A DNA stretch of 64,000 bases, taken from assembly GCA_937958885.1 (NCBI GenBank), contig CALGMT010000047.1, positions 24,931 to 88,930 of the forward strand, in the 5' to 3' direction. Numbering within the stretch: the stretch's first letter is position 1; each line of letters opens with the position of its first letter. Under the pieces are notes generated by a model. The model did no database searches, was not told the DNA's origin, and saw only the letters and a list, made by a program, of their open reading frames with translations. Of the stretch, positions 44,008-52,355 are shown piece by piece. This DNA is from an uncultured bacterium. Its GTDB lineage: Bacteria; Verrucomicrobiota; Kiritimatiellia; CAIVKH01. Position numbers and translations under genes: made by a program.

Positions 44008-47000
44008 GGCGTCAACCCGACCCCTATGCGGTACATCCGCACGCCGGATGCATTCGTATCCGTCACCGTCAACAATCCGGATCCTGTGACATTGCTGAAC
44101 GCGGGCAAGAGGCCGAATGCCGGGTTTATCAGCAGATTCGTCGAGAACTCGACGCGGTATGAACGCCCGGTCACCGCCCACCACGACAAATCCATGCCGC
44201 TCGTCGGATGGCGCGCGAAACCGGCGATCGATAAGTAGGAGGCGGAATCCGTCGGAAGCGTGCCCGCGATAAATTCCGCGCGGTTGGGAACACCGTCGCC
44301 GTCCAGATCGAGCGCTGCATCGCCGGCATGGAGCGGGTCGAGTCCGAACCAGCGCTCCCATTCGTCGGGCATGCCGTCGCCGTCGCTGTCGACCGTTGCG
44401 GCCGGGTCCACGCTGTACGTCAGCGTCGCGTCGTGGAATCGGAACGTGTACACACCGGCCGCCACATTCGACAGCACGATGTCGTCGCCAAACGTGCCGG
44501 GTTCTGCGGTCTGCGACAGCGGCGGCGTGAATACCGTCTGATTGGTGTCGCCCCAGTTCGCAAAACCCCAGGATCGGTTCGCCACAAACTTAAACTGCAA
44601 AGAGGTCGTCGCCGGAAGCGCCGTAACAAAGGCCCACTGCGAAGAGGCCACCAGCCGCATATTATCGGCCGCCTCGTTCCACAAATTGAAGGTGCCCGCC
44701 ACGGCCATGCTCGTGTAGGCGCTCGGAAAGGATACCGATGGCGGCGTGTCGCCGCCGGACAGAAGCGCGATCGTACGCGCGGATCCGTCGTCGCCCACTT
44801 TTACCCACGCGCGGCGGGAAACGGTGTCATACGCCCAACCCGCCCCGGCGGTGTTGCTCAAATCATCGCGATTCGCGCGACGGTGCAGCGGACTCCCGTT
44901 GAGCGTCGCGGCGACCACGTTCGACATTGCATGCGCGACCACATAGAAATCGCGCGCGCCGGGATCATAACTGCCGGCGCGGGGCTCGATCCATACGGTG
45001 AGGCCGGTGGATGATCCCTGCGCCGCGATCGGCGTTGTCGCACATACCCCGGCGAGATAATTCGTCGTCCGCCCGTCATCCTCGAACAGCACGAAGCGAT
45101 TGGACGGACCCGGCCACACGTGCAGATCGAGCCATGCGGGGTTGAAGGCGTGCACATGCGGCATCGGCGGTCCCATGGGAACCACGGCGCCCGCGCGCGC
45201 GAACACGGGCAACCGAGACAGCGACGCCGCCACCGTGACGCTCTGTCCGCCCGCATACCGATCGCCGGAGTCCCAGTGATACCACTCGCTTCCGGCCGGC
45301 AAATACACGGTCCGGCTGTTCGCGCCGGACAAGTAAACCGGCGCGGCCAACACATGCGTCCCGGCCATCAGGTCGAAGTCGTTCATCGACCAGGTATTGG
45401 TGTCGGTCGGGAAATAGAAGGCGGTCGGCACATTCATCGGGACGCCGCTGGTGGATGCGCGGTGGGCAAGACTGTAGAGATAGGGCATCAGGCGATAGCG
45501 AAATTGGATCGCTTCGCGATTGAAGGCGGTGTACGGCTCGCCGAACGCCCAGGGTTCCTGGTCGCTCGCCCACAAATCATTGTGATTGCGGAAGAGCGGA
45601 TTGAGCGCGCCTTGCTGGTGCCAGCGCACCAGCAATTCCGAGGTGGTGTTGCTGATGAACCCACCGACATCGTGCCCGTAATTCGCCTGGCCCGACAGCA
45701 TCACGCTAAGCCCCATCCGCGTGTTGAATCGGAGATGGTCGAAATTCGAGCGGTTGTCTCCGCTCCATCCCGCGGCATACGCCTGCACCCCCGGCCACGC
45801 GGATCGGCTCAACACAAAGGGGCGGAGCGCCGGGTATCGCGATTTCAACGCATCGTGCGAAACCTGCGTTTGCCACAGGCTGTAGGTGTTCCGGTTGACG
45901 GTCGTCCACTTCCGCGTATCGTTGGTCGTGAAATCCCCATAGCGTCCGCCGAGATACCAAAGCGTGTTCAGCGGCAGGGCGTTCTCATTCGGTTCATTCA
46001 GGTCGTTCCAGATGCCCTGAAATCCGTACGCGGCAAAATAGTTGGTCAGCAATCCCCTCCACCATCCGCGCGTTTCATGGATGGTGAAGTCCAACCATGA
46101 AACGGCGCCGAGAAAGTTTGTGCCGACGTAATTATTGAGCGCGTTGTCCTTCAAGAAATACAGATTGGATGCGGCCGCCGCGTACAACGGGTCGTTCGTC
46201 GTCAACAGCGGCTCGACGAGCGGCACGAGCTGAAAGCCGAGATTGCTCGCAACCGCCACCAGTCCGGGCACGTTTGTGTAGGACGTGTTGAAGGTCATCT
46301 GGTGGTTCTGGCCGCCGTTGAATTGCGATCCGATATCGAGATAAATCGCATCGCATCCGATGCCGCGCGCGCGAAATTCGTCCATCAGCGAGAGCACCTC
46401 GGCCTGCGAAAAATAGCTGTGCCGCGACTGGTGATAGCCGTAGGCCCACTTCGGCAAAAAGGCCGGTCGCCCGGTCAATTCCGAAAAGCGATCGATCACC
46501 GCCGCCATCGTATTGCTCAGCCCGCCGCCGAAGAAAAAATAGTCGAGCTGGTCGTCGCCCGCCTCAAACGAATACGCGCCGTTCGTCCCCGATAAATCCA
46601 CCACGGGCCGTGCCGGATTGTGAAAAAATACACCGTACGCAAACGCGGGGCGGCCGGTGGATGGGCCCTGCACGCCGTACCAGAACGGAAGCGCGGTGTA
46701 TTTCGGCGCTCGAAACTCTTCAAACCCGTAGGTGTCCTGCGTCCAGAATTGGAAGACGCGGCCCCGCCGATTCAAGGGCCCCCCTTCGTCGCCCAACCCG
46801 AAATACGCCTCGCCAGGGGGCATCTCCTTGACCGCGCGCAGCTTGAAGCCGGTCGGCCGATTGGAAACACTCGACGAACCGTCGGGCCAGGCCACCTGTT
46901 GATAGGCGAAGGTGTCCAGGGCCATAAAGTAATCGCTGTCCCACTCGATGCGCCGGTCCCGCAACAAATCCCGCCCTGCGGCGTCCTTGAAATGGACCTG

Positions 47001-47375
47001 GAAGCGATTGCTAAAAACCACGTCGACGCGCAACTGCTCCGTCTCAATGAGGAAATTCGTCGCACTCACGGCAACAAAACTGTTGCTGAACGAGGGCCAG
47101 TTCGTGAGCGGTTTCGCGATGGCGATCTCCTCGCGCTCGAAGAAATTCGTGCCGAGGAAATAGAAGCGCACGCGCACCACATCCGGCGCGTAGGGCGTCA
47201 CCTCGGCGATGCCCTGCGGCGCCAGCTTCACAAAAAGGGACCGGTGGCCGGTCGCATTGGTGCGAACCGACCATGCCTGTACCGGCCCGTTGGTCTGCGG
47301 CGCGGCATGCGAGAACCCACTGGCCGCGACAAGCGCTACCGGCAAGAGCCGCAGGAATTGACGATGATAACCCAT
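44004..47375 (-). CDS. GH31 alpha-glucosidase with C-terminal calcium-binding (thrombospondin type 3-like) repeats and a C-terminal beta-domain
   Basis: Signal peptide. GH31 catalytic region GIWNDLNEPN and SAWPGVQAYAAGWSGDN. C-terminus DSDGDGMPDEWE...DLDGDGVPNRAEF. Confidence 0.88.
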   Translation of the reverse strand: MGYHRQFLRLLPVALVAASGFSHAAPQTNGPVQAWSVRTNATGHRSLFVKLAPQGIAEVTPYAPDVVRVRFYFLGTNFFEREEIAIAKPLTNWPSFSNSFVAVSATNFLIETEQLRVDVVFSNRFQVHFKDAAGRDLLRDRRIEWDSDYFMALDTFAYQQVAWPDGSSSVSNRPTGFKLRAVKEMPPGEAYFGLGDEGGPLNRRGRVFQFWTQDTYGFEEFRAPKYTALPFWYGVQGPSTGRPAFAYGVFFHNPARPVVDLSGTNGAYSFEAGDDQLDYFFFGGGLSNTMAAVIDRFSELTGRPAFLPKWAYGYHQSRHSYFSQAEVLSLMDEFRARGIGCDAIYLDIGSQFNGGQNHQMTFNTSYTNVPGLVAVASNLGFQLVPLVEPLLTTNDPLYAAAASNLYFLKDNALNNYVGTNFLGAVSWLDFTIHETRGWWRGLLTNYFAAYGFQGIWNDLNEPNENALPLNTLWYLGGRYGDFTTNDTRKWTTVNRNTYSLWQTQVSHDALKSRYPALRPFVLSRSAWPGVQAYAAGWSGDNRSNFDHLRFNTRMGLSVMLSGQANYGHDVGGFISNTTSELLVRWHQQGALNPLFRNHNDLWASDQEPWAFGEPYTAFNREAIQFRYRLMPYLYSLAHRASTSGVPMNVPTAFYFPTDTNTWSMNDFDLMAGTHVLAAPVYLSGANSRTVYLPAGSEWYHWDSGDRYAGGQSVTVAASLSRLPVFARAGAVVPMGPPMPHVHAFNPAWLDLHVWPGPSNRFVLFEDDGRTTNYLAGVCATTPIAAQGSSTGLTVWIEPRAGSYDPGARDFYVVAHAMSNVVAATLNGSPLHRRANRDDLSNTAGAGWAYDTVSRRAWVKVGDDGSARTIALLSGGDTPPSVSFPSAYTSMAVAGTFNLWNEAADNMRLVASSQWAFVTALPATTSLQFKFVANRSWGFANWGDTNQTVFTPPLSQTAEPGTFGDDIVLSNVAAGVYTFRFHDATLTYSVDPAATVDSDGDGMPDEWERWFGLDPLHAGDAALDLDGDGVPNRAEFIAGTLPTDSASYLSIAGFARHPTSGMDLSWWAVTGRSYRVEFSTNLLINPAFGLLPAFSNVTGSGLLTVTDTNASGVRMYRIGVGLTP

Positions 47376-47494
47376 AAATGATGCGGCGCTAAAGATGTTC
47401 TAACATACCACGGAACAAGGCACTCGTACATCATGGACTGGGCGGTGCTCGCTTTTGACGTAAGATGTGATACTATTCCGTTTTCAGGAGGAGT

Positions 47495-47917
47495 ATGAAA
47501 CCGATTCCAATCCAGCAGGAAGACACGCCAGTCATCCGAAAAACAAAAGAACTCTGCCAGGCCATACTGGACCAGCCGGCCTATCAGGAAATGCGGCGCA
47601 CCATCGCGGAATTTTTGAGCGACGCCCACTTGCGGAACCAGTACCAGCGCCTGTGCGATCTGCAGGATATGCTGCACGAGAAACACGAGAGCGGAGAGCC
47701 GGTGACCGATCTGGAAATCGCGCAATTCGAGCGCGAGGAAACCGAATTCCTCTCGAATCCCGTAGCGCAGGGATTCATCGACGCGCAGCGGGCCATGCAC
47801 AAAATAGAGAAAACGGTCGGCGCGTATGTCCGCAAGACGTTCGAACTGGGTCGCATGCCGGCGGACGAGGACTTTGCGGGCGGCGGCTGCGGGCCCTCCT
47901 GCGGATGCAGCTCCTGA
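47495..47917 (+). CDS. YlbF/YmcA-like helical protein with a Cys-rich C-terminal tail
   Basis: 140 aa with a strong AGGAGG RBS. Helical pattern with AYQEMRRT..., QRLCDLQDML and FIDAQRAMHKIEKTV. Tail GGGCGPSCGCSS. Confidence 0.55.
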   Translation: MKPIPIQQEDTPVIRKTKELCQAILDQPAYQEMRRTIAEFLSDAHLRNQYQRLCDLQDMLHEKHESGEPVTDLEIAQFEREETEFLSNPVAQGFIDAQRAMHKIEKTVGAYVRKTFELGRMPADEDFAGGGCGPSCGCSS

Positions 47918-47993
47918 CGCCGGGCCGGGCAATCAGGACGTCGAGTCCACTTCCTCCTTGATTGCCGCAATGCGGCGCGCATAGTTCCGCAGT

Positions 47994-48515
47994 ATGAACC
48001 TCGTTGAAAGCGGCTCAACCTCATCAGGGTCCTACGTTGTCACCGGCCTCGCCGTTCTCGGCATTCTGCTCGGCGGTGTCGGGTTGTATGTCGGACTCTC
48101 CGGACGCGGCGCAGAAAAAGACCAAGAAAATCGCATCGCGGAACTGGAGCAGCGCGTGGACCGCATGAGCGGCGCGCTGGAAGAGCTCAACGGACAACTT
48201 CGCGGTCTGCACCACAATACGCGGACGGCGCTGCAGGGCCTTAACGAACAGCTCAACCAGTTGCGGCAGGATACTCGCGCCGCGCGCGCCGCGCCTGCGG
48301 TCGCTCAGCCGTCAACGGCCGGCGCATCGACGCCTCCGCCCGCATCGGCCTCCGGCGCGGCAACGACGCCGGCGAAAACCTACACGATTCGCGCGGGTGA
48401 TTTGATCGCCAAAATTGCGCGCGATAACGGCACGACCGTGGACGCGATCCTCAAGGCGAATCCGGGGCTTAATCCCAACCGGATCAAAGTCGGCCAGGTT
48501 ATCAACCTGCCGTGA
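47994..48515 (+). CDS. Membrane-anchored LysM-domain protein
   Basis: N-terminal TM helix, a coiled coil, and a C-terminal LysM domain YTIRAGDLIAKIARDNGTTVDAILKANPGLNPNRIKVGQVINLP. Confidence 0.85.
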   Translation: MNLVESGSTSSGSYVVTGLAVLGILLGGVGLYVGLSGRGAEKDQENRIAELEQRVDRMSGALEELNGQLRGLHHNTRTALQGLNEQLNQLRQDTRAARAAPAVAQPSTAGASTPPPASASGAATTPAKTYTIRAGDLIAKIARDNGTTVDAILKANPGLNPNRIKVGQVINLP

Positions 48516-49044
48516 ACCGGCTCAACGCGTAGAGGCCGACATAGATTTTGGGGTCGATCAGCAACCCCTCGCTTTCGCGATCCTTCAGCCATTGCTCCGC
48601 GCGCGACAGCGGCATTGCGTGCACGCGGATATCTTCATTCTCATCGCCGCCGCCCTCCGTTTCCTTGCGCAACTGGTCGGCGATAAAAAAGGTGTAGAGA
48701 TCGGCCGAGCGGCCGGGCGACATCGGACCGGCAAACCATTGGGTGATGCGCGCCGCGGCGTATCCGGTTTCTTCGAGCAATTCGCGCCGCGCGGCTTCGA
48801 CGGCCTCTTCGCCTGATTGTCCCGCGTCATCGCCAACCATCCCTGCCGGCAGTTCCAATACGCGGCGGCCGAGGGGGATCCGCTCTTGCTCGACCAACAG
48901 GAGATGATCGTCGGATGTCCGTGCGATAATGACCACGATGCCTCGCACCCGTCGATGCTCGGTGAACTCCCATCCGCGCTCGGTAACCAGCCGGAGCCAA
49001 TCCCCCTCGTGCAAGATTCGGCGACTGGGCGGGTCCTGCTTCAT
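48502..49044 (-). CDS. NUDIX hydrolase (ADP-ribose pyrophosphatase-like)
   Basis: Nudix box GMVGDDAGQSGEEAVEAARRELLEETGY. ATG 49044 overlaps the waaA stop (ATGA). The 3' end overlaps the convergent LysM gene by 14 nt. Confidence 0.85.
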   Translation of the reverse strand: MKQDPPSRRILHEGDWLRLVTERGWEFTEHRRVRGIVVIIARTSDDHLLLVEQERIPLGRRVLELPAGMVGDDAGQSGEEAVEAARRELLEETGYAAARITQWFAGPMSPGRSADLYTFFIADQLRKETEGGGDENEDIRVHAMPLSRAEQWLKDRESEGLLIDPKIYVGLYALSRFTAG

Positions 49045-50357
49045 GTATCGTCCGGCGCCTCGATTTCCAGCGCGCGATCGAGCAGATCGAGCGTCATGCC
49101 GATCACGCCGCGCTTCTCCGCGACCAACTCCGCCGCGCGCCGTCCGAGAACGTGGCGGCGCTGTTCGTTCGAAAGCAAATCGTCGCACGCGCGGCGGAGG
49201 TTTTGCAGGTCCGGCACCTGCACCAGCGCATCCGCCGCCCGGAAATCGTCCATCACGCCGCGGAAATTTTCCATGTTCGGTCCGACGATGATCGGCTTGC
49301 CGTACAGCGCGGGCTCGATCGGATTCTGCCCGCCATGCTGGGTGAGGCTTTTGCCGATAAAGATCACGTCGGCGCACGCATAGAAATGCTTCAACTCGCC
49401 CGTCGTATCGAGCAGAAAGACCTGAGGGATTCCGCGCGGCGGCTCGCGATCCAACACGGAGCGGCGCGCGTAGGTTAATGCATGCTCGCGAATTTCACGG
49501 ACGACCGCTTCGGCTCGCTCGACGTGCCGCGGGGCGAGAACGAGGACAAGGTTGCGGTGACGCGTCTTCAGTCCCTTGTACACGTCAAGCAGGGCGTCCT
49601 CCTCGCCGGGCCATGTCGATCCGCCCAACAGGATTCGATGCGCGGGGGTGATGCCCGCCTGCGCCAGCACGGCGCGGGCGCGCTCTTCGCCGCCCAACTC
49701 GGCTTCTGCGACGTCATACTTCGCCGACCCCATCACCGATATCCGGTGTTTCGGCGCGCCGAGCGCGGCGAGGCGCTCGCCATCGAGGCGTGTCTGCACG
49801 CAAAACAGGTCAATCAACGGCAGAAGGCGTCGGGTGAAAAATGCGAGTTTTCGGTAGCCCTTGAAGGAGTGGTCGGAAACACGCCCGTTCGCCAGCGCGA
49901 CCGGAATCGCGCGCTCGTGCGCGAGGCGCACGAGATTCGGCCACAGTTCGAGTTCCACCAGGACGAGCGCGCGGGGCCGAACGGCATCGAGCGCGCGCCG
50001 CATAATCAACGGCAGGTCGAGCGGGAAATACAGCAGGACATCGTCCGGCGGCAGCGAGCGTGCCGCAAGCGCGTGCCCGGTCGACGTGGTGGTCGTCAGC
50101 ACGAACGCGAGGTCGGGCCGGCGCGCGCGCCATGCCTGCATCAATTTCAAGGCGACATAGATTTCGCCCACGCTGACCGCGTGAATCCAGACCCGTCGCT
50201 TCGACTTCAGCCGGTCCAACGTGGCCGCATCGTAGCGCGCGAACCGCTGTTCGAAGTGCTTCGCATAGCCGCCGCGCCGCGCCATTCGAAACAGAAAGCG
50301 CGGGAGCATCAGCGTAAAGCCGATTGCGAACAACACATTATAGAGAATCCAAACCAT
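49041..50357 (-). CDS. waaA: 3-deoxy-D-manno-octulosonic acid (Kdo) transferase
   Basis: N-terminal anchor MVWILYNVLFAIGFTLMLP; also WIHAVSVGE and C-terminal GGQNPIEPA. Start taken at ATG 50357. Confidence 0.88.
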   Translation of the reverse strand: MVWILYNVLFAIGFTLMLPRFLFRMARRGGYAKHFEQRFARYDAATLDRLKSKRRVWIHAVSVGEIYVALKLMQAWRARRPDLAFVLTTTTSTGHALAARSLPPDDVLLYFPLDLPLIMRRALDAVRPRALVLVELELWPNLVRLAHERAIPVALANGRVSDHSFKGYRKLAFFTRRLLPLIDLFCVQTRLDGERLAALGAPKHRISVMGSAKYDVAEAELGGEERARAVLAQAGITPAHRILLGGSTWPGEEDALLDVYKGLKTRHRNLVLVLAPRHVERAEAVVREIREHALTYARRSVLDREPPRGIPQVFLLDTTGELKHFYACADVIFIGKSLTQHGGQNPIEPALYGKPIIVGPNMENFRGVMDDFRAADALVQVPDLQNLRRACDDLLSNEQRRHVLGRRAAELVAEKRGVIGMTLDLLDRALEIEAPDDT

Positions 50358-50437
50358 CGTGCAGCCGCGAACGTCCACACTTCTGCCCGCCATGTCAATC
50401 CGCGCGTTTCAGCGCAAAGCCGCCTCGCGCAACGGCC

Positions 50438-51262
50438 TTAGAATGCCGCGGTCGAATAGCGCGATCGGAGCATGTTCATCATGTGGACATTGATCTCCCA
50501 CTGATCCGCGACCGGCTGCCGGGTGAACGGCAAGGCCGGCAGGTAGGGCGCCGGGCCGAATTCAACCGTGATGGACATGCGCCGAAGACCCCTGGCGCGC
50601 GCGGACTCCACCACTCGATCCCAGACGCGCAGGTGCGCAGCCACAGCCGCGCCCCACTCCGGCGCGCGGGGATCGCTGACCTGCGGACCCTGCGGCCACC
50701 CCACGCGCGCATGGAGGTGATCGACATGCGGGAGCGCTGCGTCGATAAAGTCTTCCTGGTCCTCCAGCAGGGATTCAGAAACCGCACACCAGTGCGACAT
50801 GTCGAGCGCGATCCGAACGGCCGGCAGGCTCCGCAACAGTTCGACGGTCCGCCAAGCGCTGTGGAAACAGCGGCCCCGGTGAGTTTCATGCACGATCGGC
50901 ACGTCCGTTTCCTCCGACACCTTCGCCGCGAGTTCGAAAACGGCGCGGTTCTCCCGGAGCGTAAAGAGGTCGCGCCCCGTATGACTGTTGATCATCAGCG
51001 GGCGATGTGCGGCGGCCATTCGCAGGCGCTGCTCAAATTTTCGGAGATGCGCCGACAAGTCCCGGTCGAAGGTGTCGCAGTGTTGAGTGATAATCAGAAG
51101 ATCGGACGCGCGCGCACGCGCGATGAGATCGTCCACGACGGGGTCCGCGTCAAACACGGCCAGCTCAATGCCGTCGTATCCGGCGGATGTTACCCGATCG
51201 ACGAACTCGGCAGGTTCCAGCGACTCGCTCCCCCACCGCGGACAGAAGATCAGCATTTTCAT
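50438..51262 (-). CDS. Sugar phosphate isomerase/epimerase (xylose-isomerase-like TIM barrel)
   Basis: 274 aa from MKMLIF. TIM-barrel metal-site pattern (YDGIEL, INSHTG, VHETHRG, ALDMSHW). Confidence 0.75.
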   Translation of the reverse strand: MKMLIFCPRWGSESLEPAEFVDRVTSAGYDGIELAVFDADPVVDDLIARARASDLLIITQHCDTFDRDLSAHLRKFEQRLRMAAAHRPLMINSHTGRDLFTLRENRAVFELAAKVSEETDVPIVHETHRGRCFHSAWRTVELLRSLPAVRIALDMSHWCAVSESLLEDQEDFIDAALPHVDHLHARVGWPQGPQVSDPRAPEWGAAVAAHLRVWDRVVESARARGLRRMSITVEFGPAPYLPALPFTRQPVADQWEINVHMMNMLRSRYSTAAF

Positions 51263-51389
51263 GGCCGCCTCCGATTGGTTCGAGACCGGTGCATACATCG
51301 CCAGACCGCCGTCAGCCGGCGGAATGCGCCGGATAGTATATTGGCCGCAGACGCATTCCAACGGAGAATCTCCGTGCGCGCGCGAGCAG

Positions 51390-52355
51390 TTACATGCGGG
51401 CGCGGGGATGGGCTTTTTCGTACACGTCCTTCAGGCGTTCGATGGAGACGTGCGTATAAATTTGCGTCGTGGACAGACTCGCATGCCCCAGCAACTCCTG
51501 CACGCTGCGCAGGTCCGCCCCGGCATCCAGCAGATGCGTGGCGAAACTATGCCGCAGCGCATGAGGAGAGCGGGAGGCGTCGAGCCCGGCCGCGATCAAG
51601 TACTTCTTCATCATCCGCTCGACCGATCGCGGAGTGAGCGGCCCGCCGGATTTGTTGAGAAACAACGGCGCGCCACGGCGGCCGCGGCCCTCCGCGGCCA
51701 GATACGCCTCCCGCGCATCCAAATACGCCCGCAACGCCTTCGTCGCAGGACCGCCCAATGGGCATAGCCGCTCTTTCTTTCCCTTTCCCCGCACCCGAAT
51801 GATGCCGGATAGCAAGTCCACATGATCCTCCCGAAGTCCGGTCAATTCGCTCAATCGCATGCCGGCGCTGTATAAAATCTCAAGCATCGCCGCGTCGCGC
51901 AGGCGCGCGCACCGCGCAAAGGCGTTGCCGGAGTTCGGTTCTTCCCGAAGCGGGGCCGCGAGCAGGCGCCCGACCTCTTCCACGGAAAACACCTTCGGCA
52001 ATTTCCGGATTCGGCGCGGCATGACCAGCCCGGCGATCGGATTGCTTTTCGCGAGTTCCTCGCGCACGAGGAAGCGAAAGAATGAGCGAAGCGCGGACAG
52101 CTTCCGGCGCGCCGTAGCGGGCGCGCACCCCGACTTCTGGAAACCGGCCAGGAAACGGCGCGCGGCGAAGCGATCCACCTCGCCCCATTGGAACGGCGGG
52201 CGCGCTTCCGCGCCCCATTGCTGCGCGATGAACTGGCGCAGGTCCATCAGGTAATTTTCGATCGTGTGATCGGACGCGTTTTTCTCGCCCTCGAGGTATT
52301 GCACGAAGAGGGCGAGGGCCGGGTCGTTTTCCAGCGCCTGGCCGGCGTCGCTCAT
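51390..52355 (-). CDS. xerC: Tyrosine recombinase XerC-like
   Basis: N-terminal FVQYLEGEKNASDHTIENYLMDLRQF. Catalytic residues within GMRLSEL, HALRHSFATHLL and LGHASLSTTQIYTHV. ATGA overlap with topA. Confidence 0.8.
   Translation of the reverse strand: MSDAGQALENDPALALFVQYLEGEKNASDHTIENYLMDLRQFIAQQWGAEARPPFQWGEVDRFAARRFLAGFQKSGCAPATARRKLSALRSFFRFLVREELAKSNPIAGLVMPRRIRKLPKVFSVEEVGRLLAAPLREEPNSGNAFARCARLRDAAMLEILYSAGMRLSELTGLREDHVDLLSGIIRVRGKGKKERLCPLGGPATKALRAYLDAREAYLAAEGRGRRGAPLFLNKSGGPLTPRSVERMMKKYLIAAGLDASRSPHALRHSFATHLLDAGADLRSVQELLGHASLSTTQIYTHVSIERLKDVYEKAHPRARM

Noticed and set aside
43852-44361. A 169-aa ORF overlapping the 3' end of the GH31 gene.
   Set aside because: The first 118 codons are an alternative frame of the clearly coding GH31 C-terminus. 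Only the last 51 codons, from the ATGA junction at 44007, are considered a candidate gene.
47928-47966. A hairpin (GGCAATCAGGA ... TCCTTGATTGCC, ~11-bp stem, 16-nt loop) between the YlbF-like and LysM genes, considered as a terminator or riboregulator.
   Set aside because: It has no U-tract, a large loop and one bulge. The two genes are only 76 nt apart on the same strand. I cannot distinguish it from a chance inverted repeat without transcript data.
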